From Balanoglossus misakiensis (Eukaryota; Animalia; Hemichordata), in assembly GCA_040954595.2 (NCBI GenBank), contig CM082577.2:186001-250000 (forward strand): a stretch of 64,000 bases of DNA, written 5' to 3'. The notes under the pieces were generated by a model. It was not told the origin of the DNA, made no database searches, and saw only the letters and a list, made by a program, of their open reading frames with translations. A program made the position numbers and the translations under genes. Every line of letters begins with the position of its first letter. Position 1 is the first letter of the stretch. Shown here in pieces: positions 28,096 through 54,285 of this stretch.

Positions 28096-31054
28096 CTTCT
28101 TCGATTGATGCGATGGGTGCATGGTTCTCTGATGGTGTGTGCTCGGGCTTTCATTTCAGTCCACATGATTCAAGTTCCCTTCAGGGGGTGATGCCTTTAT
28201 CGAAAGGGATTGCAATGACAAGTCTTCTGAATTCAAATGCTAAGGGGTAGCGAAAGACAACACCACGTAACTGAGTCCATGTTTCATTGCAAATGTCATT
28301 CCAATTATCGATACCGAACGTTTGCCCTATAAGCGTCAAGCAGATAAATCGTCACCGTATATCAATTTTGCCGACCGGAAAACTCGGCAAATTGCGTTTC
28401 ATCCCGTCCGCGTGCAATTACTCCGTCAAGAAATATGTCGTCACGATTTTGATTATATTTTAGTAAATGAATTGGGCCTACAGTGAACAGACTGACAATA
28501 TTTTGTGAAAACAGCTAAAGAACCAATTATCAGAAATAGCAGTTTGCGAACTTGGCAAAATAGACTCAACAATCAAACATGAACGTTGCGCGTGGTTACA
28601 CTTTCTCGTCATTACATATGTATGTGTATATATTTGTATTTGCTTTTTAATGTTTCCTCGTGTGTCGAAGTGCCAGTGACGGCATGAAATTATTAACCTA
28701 CCATTGAACAACAATGTCGACTAATTTTAATACTGATGTGTCCTCGGTCCGGCCCACTCACTATTTGGCGTTTTTATCGACAACTTAATTATTGAAACCG
28801 CACTGTAACATAATAATCTCGCCACACAACAGCGCCTTGTTGACTCGGAGATATGTAGTCATGCAGGAATCTGTGAGCGCTTGGAAATGATTGCGTCATT
28901 TTAAAAAATGCATTCCGCCACACATCCGCATTAACCAGTAAATGCTTTTCGACCCGATTTCACATTATCGTGCAATTTTCTTGAAATTGCCTCAACCGCG
29001 TCTGTTAACCCACATTATTGCGTCATTTGACGTCTGTCGTGAAATTGGAACAAAGCCAGGGCACATTTGAATTAATTTCCTCGGGAGAATTCAATTTCAG
29101 ATAGATGGCTAAGAGGAGATAGGGTTAAACTTTGCGTTGGCGTAAAACTCTCCCTCTTTACGTCGGATATCTGCCCATTCATTTTTCATTCTGCTATTTG
29201 TTTGCTAGGCGCTCACCACTGACTTTTCATTCATTCATTCATTTGATTTGATCACAATTTTCATTGGTTTATTCGTTTTTTTCTCTTCTTCCCCCTTCTT
29301 TAATTCCTTTATTTTTTCATTTCATGGTTCTTTTGAAGTTCTCATCCCTCCCAGTCGATTGTCATTGAAATTTAAAAAAAAAACGTGTAAAATGTGTACA
29401 GTATGGGCACCTCTTTCAGATGCATGCGCAGAATTTATATGGGGACCTGTTTTATTCGAACACTTTTTTTAACGCCCAAGTTGACTTCTCCGCGGCACTG
29501 CAGTGAAGCTGTCCTGTTTTCAACAAAGAAGTCCCTTCACACTGAGTTTCTTATCGTCTTTTGACACTTCAATCTGACCGAATGAGCATCGAGTGTCGGC
29601 GTTCACTTTATGAGAGAGCGTACCTTGGGCTGGCGCTCGTCGTTTGCTTCATCGTCTGGATATATTTCTTCGGGTGACGACGATTAAAATTCTCTTCACA
29701 TTTTATCATTAATCTACTCTACACTTAAAGGTTGCAAGTATGATTTGAACCTCGTTTAAAACGTGTGTCCTTGCCAAGGCCCGGCGGCGGGGGCGGCCTT
29801 TACAATGAAGAGATTATCGTAATTGATCAAATAGACAAGTTATATTTTTCACGGTTCGTTTTTTGAGTACAGGCATAAGACTGCTTTAATTTTTGGACAG
29901 TAATTTTTCTTTGATATTTAAACATATACAGTAGACCTCCCTAGTGATGCCTCAATCCAAATAAGACACTATTCCAGTTCGGCCACTCTTAACACTTGTA
30001 AAATATCTTGTTCGGATGATGTTCAACTTATCCGGTTGACTTTCAAACTGAATTCTCTCTGAATAGTGTTCATGTATACAAGGCTACCAAGCTATCAATT
30101 TGGACACGAACGAACCTTTATGTAACCAACTTGTTCTGTAACCGACTTTCAGATATTCATAATCTTTTCCTGGCCTAGCTACAGTGAAGAACAAAGGCGT
30201 AGTAAACATCAATTCAGTGCGATTGTATTAAAAGGGCGCGAACACGTTCACAATATAATTTTATAGTTATTGTCGTCTGCAGACATGGTCATTGGTAATG
30301 CGACTGTTAACCGCTCTTCAGACTCTTCATAAATTTAGCGTGTCGGTTAATAAGCCCATTTGCACATGTCTCTGTTGCGGATGTCCAACAGGCGGCACTG
30401 CTTTGTGCCTCGATGAATTAAATTTACCTCTAGCGTCAAATGGGAATTTTATCACCGCTTCATTATGGGATTTGTGTGGGAGTTTACGACCTTCTAATTT
30501 GTACGACAGTTCTTCCGACATGGAAAACAGCGGAAAACGACAGCAGTTTTGCGAGACCGCTCAGCGTTATCCTTTTAAAAGCTAACCGTAACCGTGGTCG
30601 CGTGCTAATGAGGTTGGTCCATATATCTCGTGGAAACAGGGTAAAACAATCCACACCGTACGTATACCGCATTTTAACATACATAAACTATGTAAAAAGT
30701 CACCTTCAGCCTACGACTGCCAACGACTTCCTTCTCTAATTTCTTGTACATATTTTGCTCTTGGTCAAAACACAGCGTCATCGTAATGTTTTCAGCTGCA
30801 ATCTTCGTTGCGGAACCTTATCAACTGCCGTTTCTTAGGTAACCATAATTCAATAATTTCTCATGGGCGCGCATTTCCCCCCAATCGAGACACAGGCTGC
30901 ATATAGAAAGAGTTATTTCGCATTCTTGAGAGCCGCAATTTCGTCATTTCTTCTCTACGACACTACTAGTACACGAAAAAACGTCGATCAATGATCTCAG
31001 CGGTAAGGCATAGCTGTTGCTATCGCGGGGTCTGTGTTTACGACGATTCCCTTC

Positions 31055-31229
31055 TGAACGATTTCGCCTAATTCCGAAAGGAGGGAAAACAAAATGACGA
31101 GGTCCCGAAAGCTCGTGAAAAATGTCAAGAATGGAGATTCACAAGGAGTATTTCAATGCTAACACATCATGTCATGAAAATGTTGTACAAAATATTAAAT
31201 GCGGTTCATCATCATCATCATCATCATCA
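31055..31229 (+). repeat. Dispersed repeat copy 2 with (CAT)n tail, inverted relative to copy 1
   Basis: Near-identical reverse complement of 23168-23346; ATTAAA lies just before the (CAT)n tail. Confidence 0.95.
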
Positions 31230-32784
31230 CCACCAAAACCACTACCACAACCACCACATTTATCAATGTTTTCATTCACTAAATTATACTCGACGTTGGG
31301 TGTGATCACAGTGAAATTCCTTTTACAACAAAGCCAAATCTCGCATTTCTTCTGACAGACAACCGGAACAGATGACACAAGCGGCGACGGAGGAGAAAAC
31401 CAAGACAACTTTTACCAAAGAACGTGTTACGTTGAAACAACGCAGACTATCAAACACGAAGGAAAATGCATCAAGCTAGGGGGCCGCTGGCCGGCATGTC
31501 AGGCAGGTGATCTGGTGTCCCCGGCGCCGTTCTCTTCAGAGTGTGGCGCCCTCAACGGTAGAGGACATGACAAAGTCATCCTGCGAGGAACGAATTAGAA
31601 AGAACTCTAATACCGTCTTAATCTTACTGTGTAGCTTTGGAGACGTCATTTTTATGATCAGTATGGTTCATTTCTTACGGAAAGCTTTGTAATTTTTCAC
31701 CTGTTTTCAGATATTTTACGCATTTGTACGAAAAATTGTATCATCAATTGACTACAATTGCCATGAATGGCAACTTTGAACGATCAATGCAGACGCGTTG
31801 TTCGTCATTATTAACAGATCCTGCCTGATTGCTACAACGTCTTGGGAGAGTACAAATTATGGAGATGCCCCTGTTATTTACGCTAGTATAAAATATTATC
31901 ATTCAAACCTCGTTAATCACCCATGAGTTCCAAAAGACACTATCAGCCGTCATTATTTTCAGTGCTAGTCTACGCACAGGGCGCGCTCTTCCTCTTCTCG
32001 TTTGTAGTGTGTGTATGTGTTTGTTTGTTTGTTTGTTGATATTGATATAGGGCCTATATAATAAACTGAAACAAATATTTGTTTGTGGACGTGTTTGTTT
32101 GCTTGTTTACAAATATGGTCACGTTTGTTTGTTGACGGGTTAGGGTTGAGGTACATTTGCTCCACAGCATCACTCCCTATATATACAGTTTCTATCTCAC
32201 GCACCGTGCTACAAACAAGAAAGAAGAGCTATCTGTGGTCTACGTTTGACGAGGATGCATGGGGAGGATTTTCGAGAAATTAAAAAAAAAATAGATTTTT
32301 AAAATCTGATGATTGCCTTTTTACTCCCACACCCCGATGTTCAAATATTACGATTGAGCAAAATTGGTGATGGCATGGCATGTGGTTTATGGTTTAAGTG
32401 TCGATGGCAGTCTGGGCATAATCACTTTCTTGTAGTTATCACATCTCTTGTGTATCAGGAAGATCTTTCACAATCAAGGCGCCCCTCATTTGGATTCGCA
32501 ATAATCCATGATGCAGTTATAAGCCCAGAAAGCCACGAAAAATGTTTTCATTTTTTTTTATTTGCTATTTAACAGCAATGTATGGGACAGACAACCGGCC
32601 CGGCGTACGTTCATTGTAAGCTTCCACACTCCGATCCGGTCTCTCCGTCAATCGAACAAGTATGCGGATAGGCTTTATGACGTCATCAATAGAAATGACG
32701 CGTCACAGAAGTTCTTCATTCAACTAAAAATTAATGTCGCCTAACATAAAATGGTCGATAACAGCTTAATTATTTGGACAGACT

Positions 32785-34011
32785 ATGTATGAACAAGTCC
32801 CAGTTACTTACAGCAAAGTTACAACACATCTGAGAAGCAGGAGGAAACGCGTGAGGTTTAATCAAAATCCCCAGTTGCAAAGATATATCGATCTCAACAC
32901 CGAACTCAAACACTTAGAGGGCGAAAAGTATGAGCGAACCAACTACCACGAGTCGGAGATCTACGGCGAGCGGCATGGTTTGGATCGAAGTGTGCCCATT
33001 TTGACTGTCTTTCAAGGTGAGAACAAAATTGACACGAGAGGAGAAGGGTGTTATATTCCAACGTGGTTGACACAAGTAAAGTAAAAAGCTCATGGTGGAG
33101 TCTGTGTTGTCGCGTAATAATTATATCTACCAGCATAGTAAGTTGATAGCCTCATTAGTGTATAGCCCGAAGAAATCATACCTATTTTCTATAAATTGGC
33201 ACCTGTCAGTTTCGGCATGTTAATATGAATCTCAACATCGTTATAAAGTTGAAGATGAAATTAATCAAACGACGTAAGAAACATGTACAGCTTACATCAA
33301 ATATTATCTGTCCATATGTACTAGTAAGTTTAACTGGCAACACTGTCGTTTCCCGAAGACTGAAACCAAGGAGAAGAACTTTGATTGTAGTATCAGATAA
33401 CGCAGAGAAGCATTGTGAACGTGGTAGGCCTAAACTGAAATCACTCAAAATTTTTCATGACTTGGCGCTTCGGTGAAATACGGTTTTCAAGGAGAGACTG
33501 ACTTCAGCCGCAAGTTCATGTTTGCCTGAAGAACAATGTTTCGCAAATTTCCCTAAAAACGCCAGAAAAATCAGGGGCTATCCGCTTTGCTCCCAACTTT
33601 TCAGAACTTGGTCAACAATCCTGGAGTTTGAGGGACTCTGCGTTCACTGGCATGTGGACTCTGCGAAATACAATTAAACTTGGGGACCTGGGAGGGAGGT
33701 CAACTTTGGCGCTTTGCGAGACATTGTTCACACAGACTACTGTTATCACCGGTGTGATGTTTTTATTTCCAGACACATTTTGGTCATATGTATACTCCAC
33801 AAACTGGTTGGAGTACTCATCGCTGAGGGTGACAGACGGGTCGCTGATGATGCATCTCATGGAGACGTATTATGTCCTGGCAAAAGCGGGACTAATGCAA
33901 GTATACACGACCAGCATTTATGTAAAGAACGCATCTACTGCTGTGAAGAAAAAACACCTCAAGGATGACGAGGTAGCCACATCCGAAGTCTTCCATCTTG
34001 GTGTCGTTTGA
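32785..34011 (+). CDS. Candidate two-exon ORF (32785-33016 + 33773-34011, 156 aa), or upstream exons of the 34302 gene
   Basis: Donor CAAG|GTGAGA (phase 1) and acceptor TTTTATTTCCAG join two ORFs in frame. Contains KRVRF. A perfect CRE TGACGTCA lies at 32678-32685. No family recognised. Confidence 0.4.
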
Positions 34012-34301
34012 TGCTGACGTGTGATCTTTCATCACTCAATCTTTGACAGCCGTGAAAAGAAAACAATTAAGTACACTTTTGCGGCTTACAAAACAGACTT
34101 TCATCAACCAAAATTTTCTGCCAATTATATCGATTTGGAAATTGTAAACCCCCTTTCCCAAATATATGTATTTCTCGGTTTGTCCGTGTTTGAAATGACA
34201 GACATCCAGCAACCGTGAAAACTGGATGACAATGTGACTGTGTGTGTAAAAAATAACAATCATCTTCTATCTCTCTTGCTCCACAGACTGAAACCATTAA
34301 A

Positions 34302-35960
34302 ATGTCATTTACGTACTATGGTCCAACTGAGAAGGGATTATTCTATTTGAGAGACACGCTCCCTCCACACGGTAGGTTGCCGCCAATAGTAGAGCACCCT
34401 AACAAATTTGGCATTTTCCTTCGAGGAGAGTCACGGAGCGGAGAGTCCAGGAGTGCACGCCACCCAGAAAAAGACCACAAGCTCGCTGACATTCAAGGTC
34501 CACAGCGCGGGAAAACCAAGACGTACAGAAAGTTGAAGGCTAGAAAGAAAGCCCTTCTGCGAAGTCGCCGAGAATCGGTCGTACACCGAGACAGCCAAGA
34601 AAGTGAAGATGTATCCGGAAAGGACAGAGCAAAAACGTCGCTCCCAGAAGACGATAAAGAGCCGTTGGAAGAAGAGCCACCGAAGCCCAAAGACGAAGAA
34701 ACGATGCAAAAAACCGAACAAGGACAACAACAACGACAGCAAAAACAATCAGAACATGCATTTGATTTTTTGAAATTGGCTGCAAAGGTCAGCTTCAACG
34801 CACTGACCAAGAAGGCGGCATTGCGGCGTCTAGACGGTGGCGTCAAAAAACTTCGAAATATCGATGAGCAATCGGAACAGCTGGAAGAGAAACTATCGTC
34901 AGAGTCGGATGAAGAATTGTCGCAAGTCCCGTCTGTTGAGAAAGCAGCCCAGGAACTAACTGACGACGAAACATCTCAAGAGAAGTCAGACGAACAGTCT
35001 TGCATCAACGCCAATGAGGGTTCTACATCACCAACCGACGATTCCGGCACGGCAGACGATGACGATGAGGAGGATGTGATTGCTAGCCACGAGATGGCCA
35101 CCGGCATGGATGATGACGACGACGATGAACTTGGCGAGCATGCAGAATCACCAGATCACGCTGAATTGCCGTCACATCCAGGTTCATCCGAGCACCTGGA
35201 GTCACCAGAACAGGAGGAATCACCTGAGCTCCGAGAATCGCCAGAAAACGAAGAACCACAAGATGCGCAGGAACCACCAGACGGTGCGGGATCGCAAGAA
35301 CAACTGGAACAGGACGAAGAACAAGAAACAGAGAGCAAAGATCAAGAAATTGCACTGGAGGAGACTGGATCCGAAGAAAAAGCAGAGGCGACAGAGAGCA
35401 AGGAATCTGAAGAAGCCGGCAATGAACGGACGAAAGAGCTTCTCCAAAGGGCGATCAAAAAGTTTACGGGCAAGAAACTGCGCAAAGAAATACTGAACAT
35501 CTCATACAGCATTGAACTAATGGTCGAGAAGCACAAACAGAAACTGCATGCCAAGCGACAGCTCAGGCACGTCACGTTTGCCCTGCTACCCCAGAAAAAA
35601 ACGTCTAAGCCCAAGCCGAAACCAAGACGCAGGCGGCGCAGAAAGGACGTGCCAAAGAGACCAGTGACCCCGGAAGTAATCAACACCCCCTTGAGCGTCT
35701 ACATGCAAAGGAAAGCGGCTTCCAGTTCCCCAGAGCAGGACGACAGCGAGAAGACTTGGAGAGACCTTGTACTGGGCGAACTGGATTTCTTCAAGCCGAG
35801 CCTTCCACCGGATTTCAAGCAAAGATGCCTGCAAGCCACTCTGGATTTTGTGATTCGCAAGGAGCAAGTCACGACCTCACGAGGTTTCAAGACCTTTACC
35901 AGCATAACTGTGAATAGAATACCAACAGTCAACCACCCACAATGTCAAAAGATATTTTGA
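34302..35960 (+). CDS. Unknown protein, at least 552 aa in one large exon; acidic disordered core with basic flanks
   Basis: 1659-nt uninterrupted ORF, GC-richer than its flanks. Strong acceptor TCTCTTGCTCCACAG at 34286 and AATAAA at 36046. No recognisable domain. Confidence 0.85.
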   Translation: MSFTYYGPTEKGLFYLRDTLPPHGRLPPIVEHPNKFGIFLRGESRSGESRSARHPEKDHKLADIQGPQRGKTKTYRKLKARKKALLRSRRESVVHRDSQESEDVSGKDRAKTSLPEDDKEPLEEEPPKPKDEETMQKTEQGQQQRQQKQSEHAFDFLKLAAKVSFNALTKKAALRRLDGGVKKLRNIDEQSEQLEEKLSSESDEELSQVPSVEKAAQELTDDETSQEKSDEQSCINANEGSTSPTDDSGTADDDDEEDVIASHEMATGMDDDDDDELGEHAESPDHAELPSHPGSSEHLESPEQEESPELRESPENEEPQDAQEPPDGAGSQEQLEQDEEQETESKDQEIALEETGSEEKAEATESKESEEAGNERTKELLQRAIKKFTGKKLRKEILNISYSIELMVEKHKQKLHAKRQLRHVTFALLPQKKTSKPKPKPRRRRRRKDVPKRPVTPEVINTPLSVYMQRKAASSSPEQDDSEKTWRDLVLGELDFFKPSLPPDFKQRCLQATLDFVIRKEQVTTSRGFKTFTSITVNRIPTVNHPQCQKIF

Positions 35961-36241
35961 TAAAACGGCATACTGTGAATTAAGGCAAGAACAATGGCTC
36001 ATGACTTGCCAATAGCAGATTTACTGGATTGTGAAATGTCGATGTAATAAAAGAATTTAGTGACTCTGTATGGAAAGACAACAACTTTTTATAAATTGAA
36101 GTTTTAAAACTAGCAAGACTCTTGAAACACGGTGTAGCAATTTGTAAATGTGTTCGGCATTAAAATGGAAACATGATTGGTCTAAATCACACCTGAAATC
36201 ACACCTCGGCACTTCTCTTTTGAACATTCGCTCCACTGTTC

Positions 36242-43945
<7,704 letters not shown>

Positions 43946-44223
43946 TTTGTTTACATCGGAGGTCATGACCCCATAGAGTGACGTAAATTTGATAGTTTAG
44001 ATAGCATTTCTCTATAAAGTATAATGATCACATTTTTTTGAAAATATTAAAAACCTATCACACTGTATTATCAAAAAAAACGCGGAATATGTACAGTAAA
44101 CAACTCAAGTCGATTAGTCATGTGACTGATCAAGGTCAACAGAGGTCATGCGCCAGTGATTCACGATTCACTTCCTGGTCCCAGAAACGTAGTTGGAATT
44201 GGTACTTTCCCTTGTCAGACAGC
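43946..44223. promoter_or_regulatory. Bidirectional promoter between ECD and LAMTOR2
   Basis: Divergent ATGs about 280 bp apart. Contains AGTCATGTGACT (44116-44127), ACTTCCTG (ETS-like, ~44170) and TGACGTAA (~43979). Confidence 0.8.
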
Positions 44224-45485
44224 ATGTTGAAACCAAAAGCACTGACCCAGGTATTGAGTCAGGCAAACACCGGAGACGTACAGAGTACATTGTGAGTAAA
44301 AGTTCCTATTTTTGATGATTTTTTTCTGGTTTTGACGCGCTGGGTTGACACAGCGACAGTGAAACCATTGACAAAACCTCGGGGTGATTATGGCCACATC
44401 ACCAAAAGATAAAAAAGTCGTAGTGTCCCAACACAGAAAAAGGTGTCATAGGCGATCGCCGAGTAAAAACAACTCGCACGCGACTGTGTGTGATTTCGCT
44501 ATCGGTGGACACCGAGCTTGTTGGAGAACAGTGAGTGAAACACTGCACTGTTTGTTACTGCCACAGACATACCCATCAACCTACATGTACATTTCTTGTC
44601 TGCCAGAAGTTAGCCTTACATTCATTGTGGGTACACATTTTAACCTCGGTGATTCTGTTTGTCTTTTTGTATAGGCTGTTAAACAGTGAAGGATCACTGT
44701 TGGCATATTCAGGCTATGGTGACAAAGATGCTAGGGTGACGGCAGCCATTGCTAGTAATATATGGGCAGCATATGAAAGAAATGGCAAAATGGTTTTCAA
44801 CGAAGATAGCCTGAACTTTGTACTCATGGACTGTGAGGTAGGATACAAGAATTGCGAGTTCTCATCATCTGCAACCAATTTTACATACTCACTAGCACCA
44901 AGCGTGTGGGCTTAAATATTTCATGATAAAATAAGATATTTTAGCAATATAATGTTTGGAGGGATCACATAAACTGTGTGATTGTGTAGGCGTGTGATTG
45001 CTGTGATACACTATCACAGCCATCACATGCACATGCCACAAAGAATGTACGTGTATCTTACAGTGAGATTTTAACTAAAACACTGCAATAACTTTTCATG
45101 TACAGATGACATCAGACCATCAAAAGACGAATTTTTAAGAAGTTATTTTAATGGTTCCTTGTCGTCATTCTCAAACTATTGATCCACTTTTTTTCCATTC
45201 ACCATCAGGAAGGCAAAGTTGTCATAACCAAGGTGACTAATCTTCTGCTGTGTATCTATGCCAAACAGACGATCGGCTTTGGTATGCTACAGGCCAAGGT
45301 GAGTCTTTACAATGCGGCTTAGTTGCTAGTCTAGTTCCGAAATGTTCACACACATTTCTGGGTCTTTCCAATATCACCGCTTGTGGTGTGCCAATATTCC
45401 AATCTTCTTTTTTCAACCACATTTCCAGGCAAAAGCATTGGCAGAGTATTTGGAGGAGCCACTAACCCAGGTGGCAGCGTCATGA
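44224..45485 (+). CDS. LAMTOR2: Ragulator complex subunit LAMTOR2 (p14, roadblock fold), 125 aa, 4 exons
   Basis: Exons 44224-44291, 44675-44837, 45209-45298, 45429-45485 total 378 nt. [57 protein letters not shown]...[24 protein letters not shown] at 46062. Confidence 0.98.
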
Positions 45486-47180
45486 CAGTAGCAGCAACAC
45501 TTCTGAATCACCGTGACGACAGACAAGAGGTCATGCACGTAGTTCTTCATCTACTGACAGCCACCTAAAAATACACTTTCCTCCTGAAAAAAAGTCTTGC
45601 CCCAAAATACTGTTGGTTCAGTTTCAAGCTTAGGGAGAACCATTGGAACTACGTACTGACCAAATAGACTGGCGGTAGCTAGGAGTCAATGGAGACCAGT
45701 GTTTTTGTTTTTATTTTTGAAAGTCATTTGCGTTGATCCAACCCCAACCCACAATTTCTTGAGTTTCAAATGTCCCCTTATGTAGTGGCCAAGGAGTTTT
45801 CTGGTTAGCTCTTTATGAAATTATTGTGTCCAGGTTTTATTACCCTTGTGTACAGCAGACACAAAATTCTGTTGAACCCATTCCACTAAATAGAGGAATT
45901 TTCCTTCCGTGTTATTTATGAGCTACACCCTTTCATCATTTTAATCTTGTTTCCAAAGACTAGCAATAATGGGATATTTAGAAAAAAATGACTGATTTTT
46001 TTTTAGTCTCTTCAATTTATGTTGTACGGATGTCAAGATGTTTGGTATCATAATTTTGGTTAATAAAAACTGTATTGGCTACTTATGACTTTGTGTGTTT
46101 AGTTACTGCAGCAATATAGACTACACTTCCATTTGAGAAAACCTGCTACAGACAGCGACTATCACTTTCCTGCCACCCCCAAGCCTTCGAACAAGAGATT
46201 CTTAGAATGTCTGGCCTGAAGAGAAATGGGATGGCTGTGGGGACATAAAAACAGAGCACCAGAATTACATTACCCAACACCATTTTCAACCACGCATACA
46301 GCAGTAAAATTAAGGCAATAAGACTTGGCAGATTTCAACTCTGTAGTCTTTCAAACAATTCCAAGGGTTTACACTTGAATGTTTTTTTTTTGAAAACTGC
46401 CTTTGACTGATTCGAAATGCCTTCAGCAGTCTGGTCACACATTTGGATGACACTTTCAAGGGGTCTAAAAAACTATACATAGGTCATACCTGTGATCTTC
46501 CATCCAGCAATTTCCATAGACACACCACAGTTGTCACATCAGATGATCAGTTCAGACTAGTCTTTCATAATATCTACATTTCGGATTTCATGAGCCAAAA
46601 TCAAATGATGCATGCAGTTTATTACCAATCGGGTATGCTTTGGATCTGGGTTACACAGACTGAGGCCTGTTTCTATTAACCCACATTCTCACACATTAAC
46701 AAGATATAAAAAGTCACACAAAAACAATGGAATTTCACTTACAACTTTTTATTCACTTTTTGAATTGTGTTAAAATTAACATTCAACGATTTATGCCAAA
46801 AACTTGTAACTTCAATCTCTCAGTAGCTGCAAAAAATGGCGAAAAAAGACCCCCTTCAATATCCATCTTGCAGACTTATGCAACAGGGCATGTACCCCCC
46901 CCCCCCTCCCCCAAAAAAGAAATTGAACCCCCCAAAAAATGACACAGTAAAAAGGTAATAAATAGTCCAGAACTGACATAAATGCAGCTAACTGAACAGT
47001 ACTCTGACTTCACGATTACTAACGGACTGATAATAAAAATACATTTTTTGAGTAAATATTGTGCTAGATTAAGCCAATGAGGCCTAAAACATTGGTCCAT
47101 TTAGGCTCGAGATTTATCAAGACAAGTGTACTAGGGATAAAAAGTCTATAATACATACACCATGTCTAACTTTTTTTTTT

Positions 47181-54285
<7,105 letters not shown>

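Noticed and set aside
30292-30585. Cys-rich 97-aa ORF as the next exon of the secreted-peptide candidate
   Set aside because: Phase-compatible, but no recognisable cysteine pattern and overlapped by equally weak ORFs; not supportable as a feature.
34431-35932. Antisense and alternate-frame ORFs over the 552-aa gene
   Set aside because: Shadow ORFs of a biased coding sequence.
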